Shown: positions 8,889 through 17,936 of the stretch, piece after piece
Position numbering within the stretch: the stretch's first letter is position 1
Layout: each line of letters starts with the position of its first letter
Sequence record: MH533020.1
Length of the DNA: 64,000 nt
Direction: 5' to 3' (one strand)
Source: Acinetobacter phage ABPH49
Position numbers and translations under genes: made by a program
The notes under the pieces: model-generated
Database searches by the model: none
What the model was told of the DNA's origin: nothing
What the model saw: only the letters and a program-made list of their open reading frames with translations

Positions 8889-8967
8889 CTTGTGGTGGGT
8901 GTTACTGTGGGTTACTGCTGGGTGTGAAACAACCATTTAGCCGCTTCATTGCGGGCCGCGACCTCTT

Positions 8968-9318
8968 CTAGAACTCTCCCCAGCTGATCCGGCTGATATG
9001 GCGGTTTTCCATTGCTGCCTGTACTGACAGATCAAAGGGGGAGAAACCATAGCGCACTATGCGGATCTCTTCAAAACCGGTGTAATACTCATTGCCGAAC
9101 TTCTTGGCTGAGAAGACCGCCTCGATCGTGTACTCCCGGTTGCCGTCGTTCACCTCTTCAATGAGGACAGTCTCACGCATTGCCCAATTCTGACAATCGC
9201 GGATAACTTGGCAAGCTTCAGGGCGGAGGGTGCCAAAATTCACGGCGTGAGCCAGCGCAGCAGGGCCAAAGGTGCGGGCAATAGCGATAACATCGGCGCG
9301 GGTTTCGATAGTGAACAT
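8968..9318 (-). CDS. hypothetical protein (~116 aa; start MFTIETRAD)
   Basis: RBS AAAGGAA before internal ATG. Confidence 0.55.
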   Translation of the reverse strand: MFTIETRADVIAIARTFGPAALAHAVNFGTLRPEACQVIRDCQNWAMRETVLIEEVNDGNREYTIEAVFSAKKFGNEYYTGFEEIRIVRYGFSPFDLSVQAAMENRHISRISWGEF

Positions 9319-9417
9319 GGTGTGATTCCTTTTTGTGGGTGGAGGCGGTATTGCCTCCCGATGTGTTAATAGTAGGTCATCTGGCGCAGGATGTAAAGCG
9401 GATAAGTGAAATAAATG

Positions 9418-9442
9418 CAAAAAACCCCGGCACTACGGCCGG
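9418..9442 (-). terminator. hairpin with U-tract (minus strand), possible terminator
   Basis: 5-bp GC stem, hexaloop, then an A-run on the plus strand (U-run on the minus transcript). Confidence 0.4.
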
Positions 9443-9705
9443 AGTTCGTTCGTGATTTCGTTGGCTGCGGCGATCTGCCGTAGGCGTGCCAATCTGTCAA
9501 GGTAGGTGCTATAAGCCTGCATTAGGGCGGCTGGCTCTTCCCGGTCATACTGCAAAGACACCCGGCGATCGTCTTCCATGCCAACGATCCAGAAATAGGC
9601 GTGATCGCTTTCTTCCACCGCAACCAGTTGTAACCAGTTAGGGGACATCCCGTCATCGTCAACAGGGGTTACGATACACTCTTCAAGCTTGATTGATTTG
9701 GTCAT
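9433..9705 (-). CDS. hypothetical protein (90 aa)
   Basis: GAGG RBS; ATGA overlap with upstream gene. Confidence 0.6.
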   Translation of the reverse strand: MTKSIKLEECIVTPVDDDGMSPNWLQLVAVEESDHAYFWIVGMEDDRRVSLQYDREEPAALMQAYSTYLDRLARLRQIAAANEITNELRP

Positions 9706-10020
9706 GATAAAGCCTCATTGGTTGGAAAATTTACTACCTGACACCGAACTTTATCAGGATAGGACCTTCCTGTTATAAAGTCAATAAAAATCGCATCTGT
9801 AAATTCAATGCTTACTGAATCATCACACCAGTTAACTATGTAATTTCTGTTTTCGAGTTGTTTGCGGGTGATGGGTTTTGCACCTGCGGCTTTCATAGAA
9901 GACCCAAGGATTTTATGGACTATCCACACATGCGCCGATCCCCGGTAAGATTTTTCTCCCTCGCTCAACAAATGGTCAAGGGCCTTTTCTGGACTGGTAA
10001 AGTTATAAGACATGTGCATG
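9702..10020 (-). CDS. hypothetical protein (~105 aa; start MHMSYNF)
   Basis: internal start preferred; the N-extension runs across an intergenic GC hairpin. Confidence 0.45.
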
Positions 10021-10059
10021 ATTAGGGTCTCATATAGGCCCCTTTCGGGGCCGGGTTGG

Positions 10060-10326
10060 TTACTTGTACAGTTTGACAAAGTCGCGGAAAATGTCGTTCC
10101 AGTCAGGACCGTTTTGCAGCTGGTAAGGCTTGCCGTGGTGGTCATAGTTCATGGCGCTAACTTCACCAGTGGCAAAGAAGCCGCTGTCATATGCTGCTTT
10201 CTCGGCCTTGCGGATCACGGCGTTGATCCGGTTTCCGTTCGGGTTGCCGTTGCTCTCAGCGTTCAATTGCTTGGCGGTAACTTCCAGATTTTTCAGGGCT
10301 GTTCTGATGAATTTAACTTTGTTCAC
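10060..10326 (-). CDS. hypothetical protein (88 aa; GTG start)
   Basis: ORF; AAAGGTAA RBS. Confidence 0.55.
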   Translation of the reverse strand: MNKVKFIRTALKNLEVTAKQLNAESNGNPNGNRINAVIRKAEKAAYDSGFFATGEVSAMNYDHHGKPYQLQNGPDWNDIFRDFVKLYK

Positions 10327-10423
10327 TTTACATTACCTTTCGGGGTGGCTGGCGGTGTGCCTTGCCTCTGGAAACAATAATAGGACCTTTCGGCCCTGAA
10401 GTCTTTAGCAAAAAGTGCTATTT

Positions 10424-10581
10424 TTATCGTTTACCGCTTGCACGGTTATTCAGCCAATCCCGAACCATGCGGATCGCCTCATAATTGTAACCTTCAGCCT
10501 GCATTCTGGCCTCTAACTGCATTTTGGTTAGGTTGAGCCTACGGATCCGCCGGGCGTACTGATAAGCCTGATCTTTTGTCA
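10424..10581 (-). CDS. hypothetical small protein (~52 aa; MTKDQAYQYARRIRR...)
   Basis: not in track; RBS GGGAGCGGG; directly abuts the downstream gene. Confidence 0.35.
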
Positions 10582-10764
10582 TTATACCCGCTCCCAAAAA
10601 GCATGATAATCAGATTCTGAGATAAAGACACGTTTACCCCGGTACAAGTAAAACCGGTGTTCGGTCCCGCGTTGCGGGTTGCGGCCCTTGTGAATGTTCA
10701 CGGTCTGGCCTGTTGCCGGGTTGGTGAAGCGCCCCAGCGGGCGCACATTTGTTAACTTAGACAT
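10582..10764 (-). CDS. hypothetical protein (~60 aa; start MSKLTNVRP)
   Basis: internal ATG with G-rich RBS. Confidence 0.5.
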   Translation of the reverse strand: MSKLTNVRPLGRFTNPATGQTVNIHKGRNPQRGTEHRFYLYRGKRVFISESDYHAFWERV

Positions 10765-10784
10765 AATCAACGATATTCCCCGGG

Positions 10785-11093
10785 TCAGTAGGTATAAAAA
10801 CCCTTTTCGGCACAAAATCCGAGATAACCGCCGGTTGTTGTTTCCCGTGCTAACAGGCCGGTTAAATCAACAGCGCCTACCCAGCGGCCCCACGCTTCAA
10901 TATAGAAAACAACATAGTTTGCCGGGCGGGCCTCAGCGTCGCCGTTTTTGTCAAAGTAAACAGCGGCGGCTTTTGCAATCTTAGCTACGGCCTTATCTGC
11001 GGCGGCCTCCGTTGCATAGTTTTTGCAAGGGTTTTTGTTATCTTTACGATACTCTTCAATGCGGGCGGTGATAGTTGCAATGATGTTAGCCAT
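10785..11093 (-). CDS. hypothetical protein (102 aa)
   Basis: follows a -10 TATAAT and the conserved 5' hairpin; AAAGAG RBS. Confidence 0.65.
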   Translation of the reverse strand: MANIIATITARIEEYRKDNKNPCKNYATEAAADKAVAKIAKAAAVYFDKNGDAEARPANYVVFYIEAWGRWVGAVDLTGLLARETTTGGYLGFCAEKGFYTY

Positions 11094-11112
11094 GATGTTT
11101 ACTCTTTAGTCT

Positions 11113-11147
11113 GGCGGGAACCATTCCCGCTTGATGTAATGATTATA
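11113..11147 (-). promoter_or_regulatory. -10 TATAAT plus conserved 5' hairpin GCGGGAA-TGG-TTCCCGC (copy 1 of 5)
   Basis: minus-strand order is -10, ATCAAG, hairpin, RBS, ATG 11093; the -35 is weak. Confidence 0.5.
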
Positions 11148-11261
11148 GCTGATCACGCGGGTGATGTTTAGCAATTCGTGCTATTTTGGGATATTTCTTC
11201 CAGATGATAAAGCTTATCATTTGCATTCTCACCTAAAAGGCCCTGAGAGCGATTCTAAGCG

Positions 11262-11370
11262 TTTTGCCGTTTTGGCTACCCTCTAAAACCGCCTGTAATC
11301 CATTCTAAGCCGCTTTTGCCTGAAGCCTAGCGGTTATACCTCTTTGAAGAGATCTCACTAATGCGAGCTA
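11262..11370. repeat. ~110-bp intergenic repeat copy A (partner at 12606-12715)
   Basis: shared blocks TAAAAC(C/G)GCCTGTAA and AGAGATCTC(A/G)CTAAT; ends in a GAGAA/TTCTC-type palindrome. Confidence 0.45.
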
Positions 11371-11385
11371 TTCTCATCTAGAAAA

Positions 11386-11646
11386 TCAGGAATTATGTGA
11401 TAAAAGCTTGTCAACGCTTGCCAAGTATGATTTAAGCAGGCTGATGCTCTTCATGTGGTCAACGTGCCCGGCCTTGCCGTTCTGGCTGTTGGTCTTAGTT
11501 TTCCTATACCGTGCCAACAACAACAGGTAAAGATCTGTGTTATGGCGGTTAGCGAAAGGCGGCGTTTGCCGCTCTGGTAAAGCCAGTATGTGACAGGGGG
11601 CAAATCGGCGGGATTGGTCCAGATCGTTACGGCGGTTAGCGCCCAT
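11386..11646 (-). CDS. hypothetical protein (86 aa)
   Basis: preceded by a GGGGCC-GTAA-GGCCCC hairpin and a GAGGA RBS. Confidence 0.45.
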   Translation of the reverse strand: MGANRRNDLDQSRRFAPCHILALPERQTPPFANRHNTDLYLLLLARYRKTKTNSQNGKAGHVDHMKSISLLKSYLASVDKLLSHNS

Positions 11647-11686
11647 GAGAAGATCCTCAAAGATGGGGCCTTACGGCCCCTGTTGG

Positions 11687-11920
11687 TTAACGTAAAGCCT
11701 TGACGGTTTCGCCATAGGAATAATCAATAGGCGATCCGGGGTGATCAGCGGTAATCACATCGACGCCGGTTTGCTTCAGCACGATCCCGGCGACCGTTTC
11801 GTAAATAGGCTGGCGGACGTCGTCGCCGCTTTCGTTTGTGGCGTCATAGTAGCCGGTTAGGATTTCGTCGCCCGCTTGAAGGTTTTCAGCGTTGATCAGT
11901 TGGCGCGTTTTAGTAGTCAT
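11687..11920 (-). CDS. hypothetical protein (~77 aa; start MTTKTRQ)
   Basis: AGAGG RBS; GC hairpin 11938-11955 just upstream. Confidence 0.5.
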   Translation of the reverse strand: MTTKTRQLINAENLQAGDEILTGYYDATNESGDDVRQPIYETVAGIVLKQTGVDVITADHPGSPIDYSYGETVKALR

Positions 11921-11963
11921 ACGTAAAGCCTCTATAGTGGGGCCTTGTGCGGCCCCTGTTAGG

Positions 11964-12446
11964 TTAGAAGTTGTGGTAACCGTCGATGCTATTAGGGTTG
12001 ACAAAGGGGAAATGATGATTCAGCGTGTTGCGGCCCCATTGTGCCATATTCATGGAGGCCAGATCCCGGCGCTCAACTGCTGCGGCGTATGCCTCGGCCT
12101 GTTCTGCGGCGTCATTCTCAACAAAGGCGCGGATCTTCTCGCATACGTTATCCGGTAGCCTTGCCAACTCATGATAGGCGAACATGTAGCCATTGAAAGC
12201 GGTGATAACCCGGCCTTGGAACTCAGCAAAGCGTGAATGGTGGTAATTGTAAGACGTTGGATCAATGAAATGCTCTACCGGTGAAACGCGGATATCATCT
12301 GGCTTGCAGAATTGCCAAACAGCCTTGCCAAGGTCTAAGCACAATTCGCCGTCAGCTGCAATATTGATGACGGTTGCATTGATGAGGCCTTTGCTGATGG
12401 AATCGAAAATAACTTTCTGGCCTACGCAATAGATTGACTTTTTCAT
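11964..12446 (-). CDS. hypothetical protein (~160 aa; start MKKSIYCVGQ)
   Basis: AAAGAGG RBS before internal ATG. Confidence 0.55.
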   Translation of the reverse strand: MKKSIYCVGQKVIFDSISKGLINATVINIAADGELCLDLGKAVWQFCKPDDIRVSPVEHFIDPTSYNYHHSRFAEFQGRVITAFNGYMFAYHELARLPDNVCEKIRAFVENDAAEQAEAYAAAVERRDLASMNMAQWGRNTLNHHFPFVNPNSIDGYHNF

Positions 12447-12605
12447 GGTGTTGCCTCTTTGTTGGCGTTGTTTCGTTCTGATGAGGTAATTATAGATCAA
12501 CGGGTGGGAGATGCAAGCGGATTTTTCAACTTTTTGCATCTTTTTCGTTGTTGAGAACGCTTATAGTTTACATTCTCATCTTGCGGGGTGTTTTGTCCAA
12601 ACTGG

Positions 12606-12715
12606 TGTTTTAGCTGTTGTCAAGCCGTCTTAAAACGGCCTGTAAGGGCCTATAAGGCGTTTTATCCGTTAGCCTTGCCGTTGTATGGCTTCGCAGAGAT
12701 CTCGCTAATAGGAAT
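12606..12715. repeat. ~110-bp intergenic repeat copy B
   Basis: see copy A; flanked by GAGAACGC...TTCTC at 12553-12578. Confidence 0.45.
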
Positions 12716-12740
12716 AATTCTCAATTGGAAAAGCCCGGAT

Positions 12741-13085
12741 TTACCGGACCTTTATTGGCAACACGCAACCCCATTCCGGGCGCTGCTTTTCTGCTACGCT
12801 TTCCAACTCTTCAGCCTCATAGCCTGACGTTCTCAGATCAAACAAGGCCGCGTCTATTTCTTCTATCTTCTTTACAAGCTCGTTTTTGCGGGCCTGTAAG
12901 GCATCGTCTAACGCTTCTATTGCCTGTTTGACCGTCTCCCCTTTTGCCTCTAGATAACCCCGATCCCTGCCGGGCAAGCTCCCGGCGCTGGTGCTGGCCG
13001 TCCAGCGTCCACGCTTAGACCAGAAAACCCGGAAGCCTTTAACCTCAAAGATGAAATTTTTCATTACGTGGCAAAAGCGGATCAT
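12741..13085 (-). CDS. putative DNA-binding protein (possible AP2-like domain), start uncertain
   Basis: segment FRVFWSKRGRWTASTSAG resembles the AP2 DNA-binding core (RG.R.R.WGKW.A.I); weak RBS. Confidence 0.4.
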   Translation of the reverse strand: MIRFCHVMKNFIFEVKGFRVFWSKRGRWTASTSAGSLPGRDRGYLEAKGETVKQAIEALDDALQARKNELVKKIEEIDAALFDLRTSGYEAEELESVAEKQRPEWGCVLPIKVR

Positions 13086-13297
13086 ATCTCTTTCCTCGCT
13101 TGTAAGTAAAGCACCGCCGTTAAGTAGGACTCATCGGCCCACTCTTTAACCGCATCCATAAAGGATGGGTATTTGTAGCTCTTAGCCTCGGGTGTTCCGT
13201 GCCAAGGGTAGATAGTCTGATAAACCTCTTTTAATACCTCTTCCCGGCGCTGTTGTGTCATGGATTCAGGATCATAACGCAAAGGTAAATTGTTCAT
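13082..13297 (-). CDS. hypothetical protein (71 aa)
   Basis: GGAG RBS; overlapping stop/start. Confidence 0.6.
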   Translation of the reverse strand: MNNLPLRYDPESMTQQRREEVLKEVYQTIYPWHGTPEAKSYKYPSFMDAVKEWADESYLTAVLYLQARKEI

Positions 13298-13740
13298 TTC
13301 TTGGCAAGCTCCCGATAAAGGCGATCATGGTAGGCCGGGCCGCGTTCGTTAACGTCGATATAAGCCTGCGTTGCGATCCGGCTCTGGTCTGGGTCACAAA
13401 TCAGAGTAGTAATGCCGCCAGCAACTACAGACACGCGGCCAAGATAATAAACATAAGCGCCGCACTCTGTGAAAATGGTGCAATTCTGGCGCAGGTATGG
13501 TAACAGGTATTTATCCCCCATTGCACGGGCCTTGTAAATAGCCTGTGAGCCGTTGATCAGGCGCTTGATGTGATGCGGGTCGTTGATCGCCTTGTTTGGG
13601 CTTCCCATGTACTGATAACGGGCCTCGGCGATGTTTTTGGCCTTGGCTTCAAGCTCTGGGATCATAACGTTGATCCGGGCCTGTTCCTGCGCCGCTGGCG
13701 TCAACTCATCAAAGTAAAACAGTTTTGAAAGATTCATCAT
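13294..13740 (-). CDS. hypothetical protein (~148 aa; start MMNLSKLF)
   Basis: AAGGGG RBS. Confidence 0.55.
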   Translation of the reverse strand: MMNLSKLFYFDELTPAAQEQARINVMIPELEAKAKNIAEARYQYMGSPNKAINDPHHIKRLINGSQAIYKARAMGDKYLLPYLRQNCTIFTECGAYVYYLGRVSVVAGGITTLICDPDQSRIATQAYIDVNERGPAYHDRLYRELAKK

Positions 13741-13836
13741 AAGCCCCTTGGCTTGTTGGTTACCTTTGACCGGTGAAGCCTCGCAAGGCCCCACCTCAAA
13801 GATATTATGGGACCAGTTCGGCCCCTTGTCAACACT

Positions 13837-14226
13837 TTAAATATAAACTTTCCCGTCGTCGCCGACGTATGGATCACAGCTCCCGGCTTTTTTGCTCATC
13901 GCTGTAAGAACGTCGCCAGTGTTGCCAAGGCCGCGATCCCAGAATCCTACGCCGTGCCCGTTGCGAGTTAACCAAAAGTCATGCCCGGACAATTCGAAAG
14001 AGTGGAGGCCGTCGGCGTCTAGACGTTCCATAATGGTATAAGCATCTTTCCAAAACGCATGGCACTCTAATTTCACCTGCTCCACAGTCTCGGCGGCCAG
14101 CTCAAAGGCTTGGAGATCCTCCACCTCTTCACCAGTGGCGGGATCCGTGCCCGGCGTGCTCCACAGCATGGCGGTGATATAGGCCTTTACAAAAGCGTTG
14201 AATTGTGGGTTATCTGAGTATTGCAT
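13837..14226 (-). CDS. hypothetical protein (~129 aa; start MQYSDNPQF)
   Basis: ATG with AAGAG RBS; the track start is a TTG. Confidence 0.5.
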   Translation of the reverse strand: MQYSDNPQFNAFVKAYITAMLWSTPGTDPATGEEVEDLQAFELAAETVEQVKLECHAFWKDAYTIMERLDADGLHSFELSGHDFWLTRNGHGVGFWDRGLGNTGDVLTAMSKKAGSCDPYVGDDGKVYI

Positions 14227-14279
14227 AATGGTATCTCTTTTCAAAGGGGCCGGGGTATCCGGCCCTTGTGGTTAGTATT

Positions 14280-14495
14280 TTACGCCAATTCGGTGATGGT
14301 TGCAACAGCGCCAAGCATTACATATTCCGAACCTTCAGCGGTGAAGTGACGATCGCCGATATAGCTTACAAAATCAGACTCGCCGACGTTACGCATAAAA
14401 CACTTATTGTCAGAATCACGAACAAAGAATTGAACCTTCTCTTTCTTGTTGGTGTAGAACTTGCCAGCGCTGCGAGTGGTTTTGGTCTGGTACAT
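14280..14495 (-). CDS. hypothetical protein (71 aa)
   Basis: RBS AAGAGGAAA; upstream TTGCGT-N16-TATAAT embedded in an inverted repeat at 14503-14543. Confidence 0.6.
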   Translation of the reverse strand: MYQTKTTRSAGKFYTNKKEKVQFFVRDSDNKCFMRNVGESDFVSYIGDRHFTAEGSEYVMLGAVATITELA

Positions 14496-14568
14496 TTGGG
14501 ATTTCCTCTTGTTGTCCCGTTTCGATATAAAAGATTATACATCACCCACGGGACAACGCAAGCACATT

Positions 14569-14721
14569 TTAGAGATAAGTGATCGAAAACTCCCAACTGA
14601 TTGAAAACGTTTTGTAAACCAGCCAGCAAATCAGACCTACAAGTGCCAGATCACACAGGACAGACAAGCCAAGGGCGGCTAGGTATTTACGGCGCAGGCG
14701 CTTTGTGGTTGAATTTTCCAT
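14569..14721 (-). CDS. small membrane protein (~50 aa; MENSTTKRL...)
   Basis: RBS AAGGGGGAA before internal ATG; TM segment. Confidence 0.45.
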   Translation of the reverse strand: MENSTTKRLRRKYLAALGLSVLCDLALVGLICWLVYKTFSISWEFSITYL

Positions 14722-14731
14722 GTGTTCCCCC

Positions 14732-15016
14732 TTAGAACCAGTTGGCTGAGTCGTTGAATTTTTGATCGCCGTAGCGGCCGGTAAAGTACAGGCGAACCAG
14801 TGTTGAGAATCGCTCACAGGTCACTGATACAATCAAAAGCGACAAGGTAGCATCCATTTGATCCCACTCCTCAAGCTTCAGTCCGCCAGCCTGCGCCGCC
14901 TGTTGTATGCGCTTCAATTCATCATGGCACGCCGCCCGGGTCCAGCCTGTAAGGCTACCAGTCCCGATCACTTGCTGCAATACGGCATTGTTTACGGGTA
15001 AAGGTTGGTTTGTCAT
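14732..15016 (-). CDS. hypothetical protein (94 aa)
   Basis: RBS AAGAGGA. Confidence 0.6.
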   Translation of the reverse strand: MTNQPLPVNNAVLQQVIGTGSLTGWTRAACHDELKRIQQAAQAGGLKLEEWDQMDATLSLLIVSVTCERFSTLVRLYFTGRYGDQKFNDSANWF

Positions 15017-15028
15017 GGTGCTATCCTC

Positions 15029-15160
15029 TTAGAAGTTGGCCGCGTGGCCGGTTTGGTAAATAGAATCAAGTGCCTTAAAGATCCCGATCATTCTGTCGGC
15101 GTCAAGTCGGTTTACTGATAACTCAACCAGCTTGTAAATCAGTTCGTGGATGATTGACAT
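15029..15160 (-). CDS. hypothetical small protein (43 aa; MSIIHELIYK...)
   Basis: not in track; AGGAGCC RBS; preceded by hairpin GCGGGCC-GTGGT-GGCCCGC. Confidence 0.35.
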   Translation of the reverse strand: MSIIHELIYKLVELSVNRLDADRMIGIFKALDSIYQTGHAANF

Positions 15161-15205
15161 CTTTAAGGCTCCTGTGCGGGCCGTGGTGGCCCGCTGTAGT
15201 TTGGG

Positions 15206-15625
15206 TTAGCGCTGATAGCCGATCAGCTCAAAACGGGCACCGGCAGCGCGGTAATTGCAACATTCACAGGCTGCGGGGGTGAAGTCCGTCTCTTTCTCAC
15301 CATTGCCCAAAAATTTATAAAGGCGATCCAGTCGCAAAACAGACTTTTCGATCTTGGCTTCCCACTCCGCCGGGATTTCTTCGCGGTGTTCACCATTGGC
15401 CCAGAACAGGCGGCAATCTTCGCACACCATGAGACTGATCGGATCTTTTGATGGCTCCAATTCGAAACCGTTGTTTAAGATCACGTGCTTCACGGCTTCC
15501 ACCATAGACGGGCTTTCGTTGTATTTGCCGGATACCGGGTCGATCTCGATCATTCCGATAAATGAACCTTCACGCTCTACAGCCATGCGGTTTGATGTGA
15601 CGCGGGTCAAAGTGCAGTTATACAT
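15206..15625 (-). CDS. Cys-rich hypothetical protein (139 aa)
   Basis: AAAGGA RBS; CEDC ... CECC motifs. Confidence 0.6.
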   Translation of the reverse strand: MYNCTLTRVTSNRMAVEREGSFIGMIEIDPVSGKYNESPSMVEAVKHVILNNGFELEPSKDPISLMVCEDCRLFWANGEHREEIPAEWEAKIEKSVLRLDRLYKFLGNGEKETDFTPAACECCNYRAAGARFELIGYQR

Positions 15626-15705
15626 GGTAAAATCCTTTGTTTCTGTTGGTTGATAACTCTTTATATGCGGCTATCTTAGCAATGATCATAACCGCATGTA
15701 AAGGA

Positions 15706-15852
15706 TTATTTTTCGGTAATGTGTAAAATTTTTGGCGCTTTGTTCACTGGTGCGGGCTTCTCGCCGTACTGGTGGATAAAGAAAGCAAAAACACAGGCTA
15801 ACATGATATGCTTTTTCCAGTCAATACGCACCGTATGCTTTTTTGTGCTCAT
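15706..15852 (-). CDS. hypothetical small protein (~48 aa)
   Basis: not in track; GGGGGCG RBS; ATGA overlap. Confidence 0.35.
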   Translation of the reverse strand: MSTKKHTVRIDWKKHIMLACVFAFFIHQYGEKPAPVNKAPKILHITEK

Positions 15853-16064
15853 AGGTAACGCCCCCACACCTTAGGGATCATGGCATCGATCACCATCGCC
15901 AGACCCGCCAGCGGCCCGGCAACAAACAGGGCAACCGCTCCGCATACCGCCACCGAATCGGCGGACCCGGTTGTCATAATCCCGATCCCGGCGGCAATGT
16001 ACGCCACAGGGACCGCAACTAACATTAAGAATATTGCAGCGGATACTGTGATTAAGCAATTCAT
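15849..16064 (-). CDS. membrane protein (~71 aa; start MNCLITVSAA)
   Basis: AGAGA RBS before internal ATG; two hydrophobic helices. Confidence 0.5.
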   Translation of the reverse strand: MNCLITVSAAIFLMLVAVPVAYIAAGIGIMTTGSADSVAVCGAVALFVAGPLAGLAMVIDAMIPKVWGRYL

Positions 16065-16372
16065 TTTTCTAATCTCTGGGGCGGTGTCCGCCCCGTTGGG
16101 TGTCAACTTACCGGCACCGCGTGCCAACTATTGACTATGGTTTTATCTTTACCGCGTGCCTCTTCAAGGTCGCGATAGTGTTTCAAGGCCCGATCCTTGT
16201 CAGTGTATACGCCTTTCACCTCGGCGGCAAGCGGGGCCGCCGTGGCTTGCGTGACAATGTAAATCACGTTAGTGATCCGCCGGGATCGTATCGTTAGCGA
16301 TGGCGGCGATAACGCCTTGCACCATATGATCCGGCAGGTAATCGCTCTCCGCCTCGGCGATGCGCTGGCCGT

Positions 16373-16576
16373 TCACCTCGCATCATAGCCGATCTTGAAC
16401 CCTTCAGCGGTACGGTAAACCATAACCACCAGCGGGCAAGTTTTGGATTCGTCCTTGTGGTGTTTAAAGGTGATCATGGTGACGTGCCCGGAGATCTTCA
16501 CCTCTGCATCGATGTGACGTTCTACAGCGGACAGGAAGAAAAATTGATTTGCTTGGCTCATGCGTTGGATAGTCAT
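16373..16576 (-). CDS. hypothetical protein (67 aa)
   Basis: downstream of promoter TTGACA-N18-TATACT and the conserved 5' hairpin; RBS AGAGGAAA. Confidence 0.65.
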   Translation of the reverse strand: MTIQRMSQANQFFFLSAVERHIDAEVKISGHVTMITFKHHKDESKTCPLVVMVYRTAEGFKIGYDAR

Positions 16577-16592
16577 TTTAGTTTCCTCTGTT

Positions 16593-16652
16593 GGCGGGAA
16601 CCATTCCCGCCGCTTGATAAGAAGTATAGGCGATTGTTCGCGGTGCTGTCAA
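16593..16652 (-). promoter_or_regulatory. sigma70 promoter TTGACA-N18-TATACT plus conserved 5' hairpin (copy 2)
   Basis: -35 at 16647-52, -10 at 16623-28, hairpin GGCGGGAA-CCA-TTCCCGCC at 16593-16611. Confidence 0.65.
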
Positions 16653-17186
16653 CTAAATAAACAGGACTTTATCAATTAATTTTTCCACCAGATCCGCGCG
16701 GTGTGCTGCGTTGCCGTTCGTCTGGCTCAGGGATACGGCGCAGGCGGCGCGGTATGCGGCGATCATGGGTTTAAGCTGCACGCGGTTAACCGTGGCTCGG
16801 GCGGCGGTGTCTGCGTTGTCACTCTGGCCTTTCATGAAGGTTATAGCGTTCTCTTCGCCGACCTTATATTTTGTAATGATCCGGCGATCTTTGAGGTAGG
16901 AAACGATCTCTTTCTGGAAGGAATAGAACCCCTCGAGGCTTCCACGTTCCAACATTTCCCCAGCAACAGACCAGACACAAGCGGCGGCGTAGGTCCCGGT
17001 TTGGCATGAGTCGGCCAGAACGTTTACCGCGTGGCGGAATTCACCGGCGGCGATCAGCTGGCGGATCTCATAAGCGCGGAATTTATAAAAGGTATGCATG
17101 GCGCTTCCAACGGGCGCTGTTCGGCGCTCGGCGATCGCCTGATCAACGATGTCAAATTTCGGCTGCAATTCGTTTAAAGTGTACAT
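16653..17186 (-). CDS. hypothetical protein (177 aa)
   Basis: GAGGA RBS. Confidence 0.65.
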   Translation of the reverse strand: MYTLNELQPKFDIVDQAIAERRTAPVGSAMHTFYKFRAYEIRQLIAAGEFRHAVNVLADSCQTGTYAAACVWSVAGEMLERGSLEGFYSFQKEIVSYLKDRRIITKYKVGEENAITFMKGQSDNADTAARATVNRVQLKPMIAAYRAACAVSLSQTNGNAAHRADLVEKLIDKVLFI

Positions 17187-17273
17187 GGTAGATCCTCAAC
17201 TGTTTTTGTGGGTTAACTTCTTTAACTGATGCCGCCATTGTATAGCGGCACCTTAAAGAATGCAACCTTTATT

Positions 17274-17432
17274 TTACCTCGCAAAGTATGCCGGGTTAAC
17301 CTTGATCCCGTGGCGGGTCAGTTCGTCAGACCGCACACGTTGACCAGCGGTAAAGCGGAAAACCCCCGCGCCTGTCCCGATCGTTACATCTACCAGACAA
17401 AACAGCAATTTACAGATTGAGCCTTTCATATT
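17274..17432 (-). CDS. hypothetical small protein (~52 aa; MKGSICKLL...)
   Basis: AAGAGG RBS before internal ATG. Confidence 0.4.
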   Translation of the reverse strand, partial: NMKGSICKLLFCLVDVTIGTGAGVFRFTAGQRVRSDELTRHGIKVNPAYFAR

Positions 17433-17505
17433 GTTACCTCTTAAAAAATGTATTGTAAAAGTGAACCTACACCATACCAGAACGCCGCACACAAAACAAG
17501 GATTG

Positions 17506-17652
17506 CGGCATAAACTTTTTGATTAAACGTGAAGCGTTGACCCATTGCCGTTCCCCCCGCTAGGTTTCTTGTTTAGCTGCTGAACCATCCACGCCGGGAC
17601 CTTCTGGCCCGCTGGCTTGTGGGTGAATTTCGTGGTTTTCTTGGTGATGCGG
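17506..17652 (-). CDS. hypothetical basic small protein (~48 aa), frame uncertain
   Basis: not in track; AAAGGGA RBS; an alternative overlapping frame exists. Confidence 0.25.
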
Positions 17653-17750
17653 ATAAATACAGATGGCATTTTGTAGTCCCTTTTGGTTTGCTTTCGTTTG
17701 CATATGCCGCCATTCTACACGACGGCATAAACCAACGTCAAGCTATTATT

Positions 17751-17936
17751 TTATGGCATTGGCTCAACTTCAGGGCCGGGGATACACTGCGCCAAAATGT
17801 AGCGGTGATCCTTGCGGCGCTCGGCTGCTACGATCTCACAGGTTACGCGGTCGTCGTAGGAGTCAATAACGTAATCTTCACAGTTCATATAACCGAAGTT
17901 TGACAAAAAGCACATAGTTGCGAATACTTCAAACAT
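17751..17936 (-). CDS. hypothetical protein (61 aa)
   Basis: GGGAGGG RBS. Confidence 0.55.
   Translation of the reverse strand: MFEVFATMCFLSNFGYMNCEDYVIDSYDDRVTCEIVAAERRKDHRYILAQCIPGPEVEPMP

Noticed and set aside
8691-8940. ORFs 8691-8936 (minus), 8755-8940 (plus) and 8077-8271 (minus) in the non-coding gap
   Set aside because: Translations are low-complexity (H/P/T-rich or W/L-rich). They fall on the GT-rich repeat tract or the structured region, have no RBS, and are better explained as non-coding DNA.
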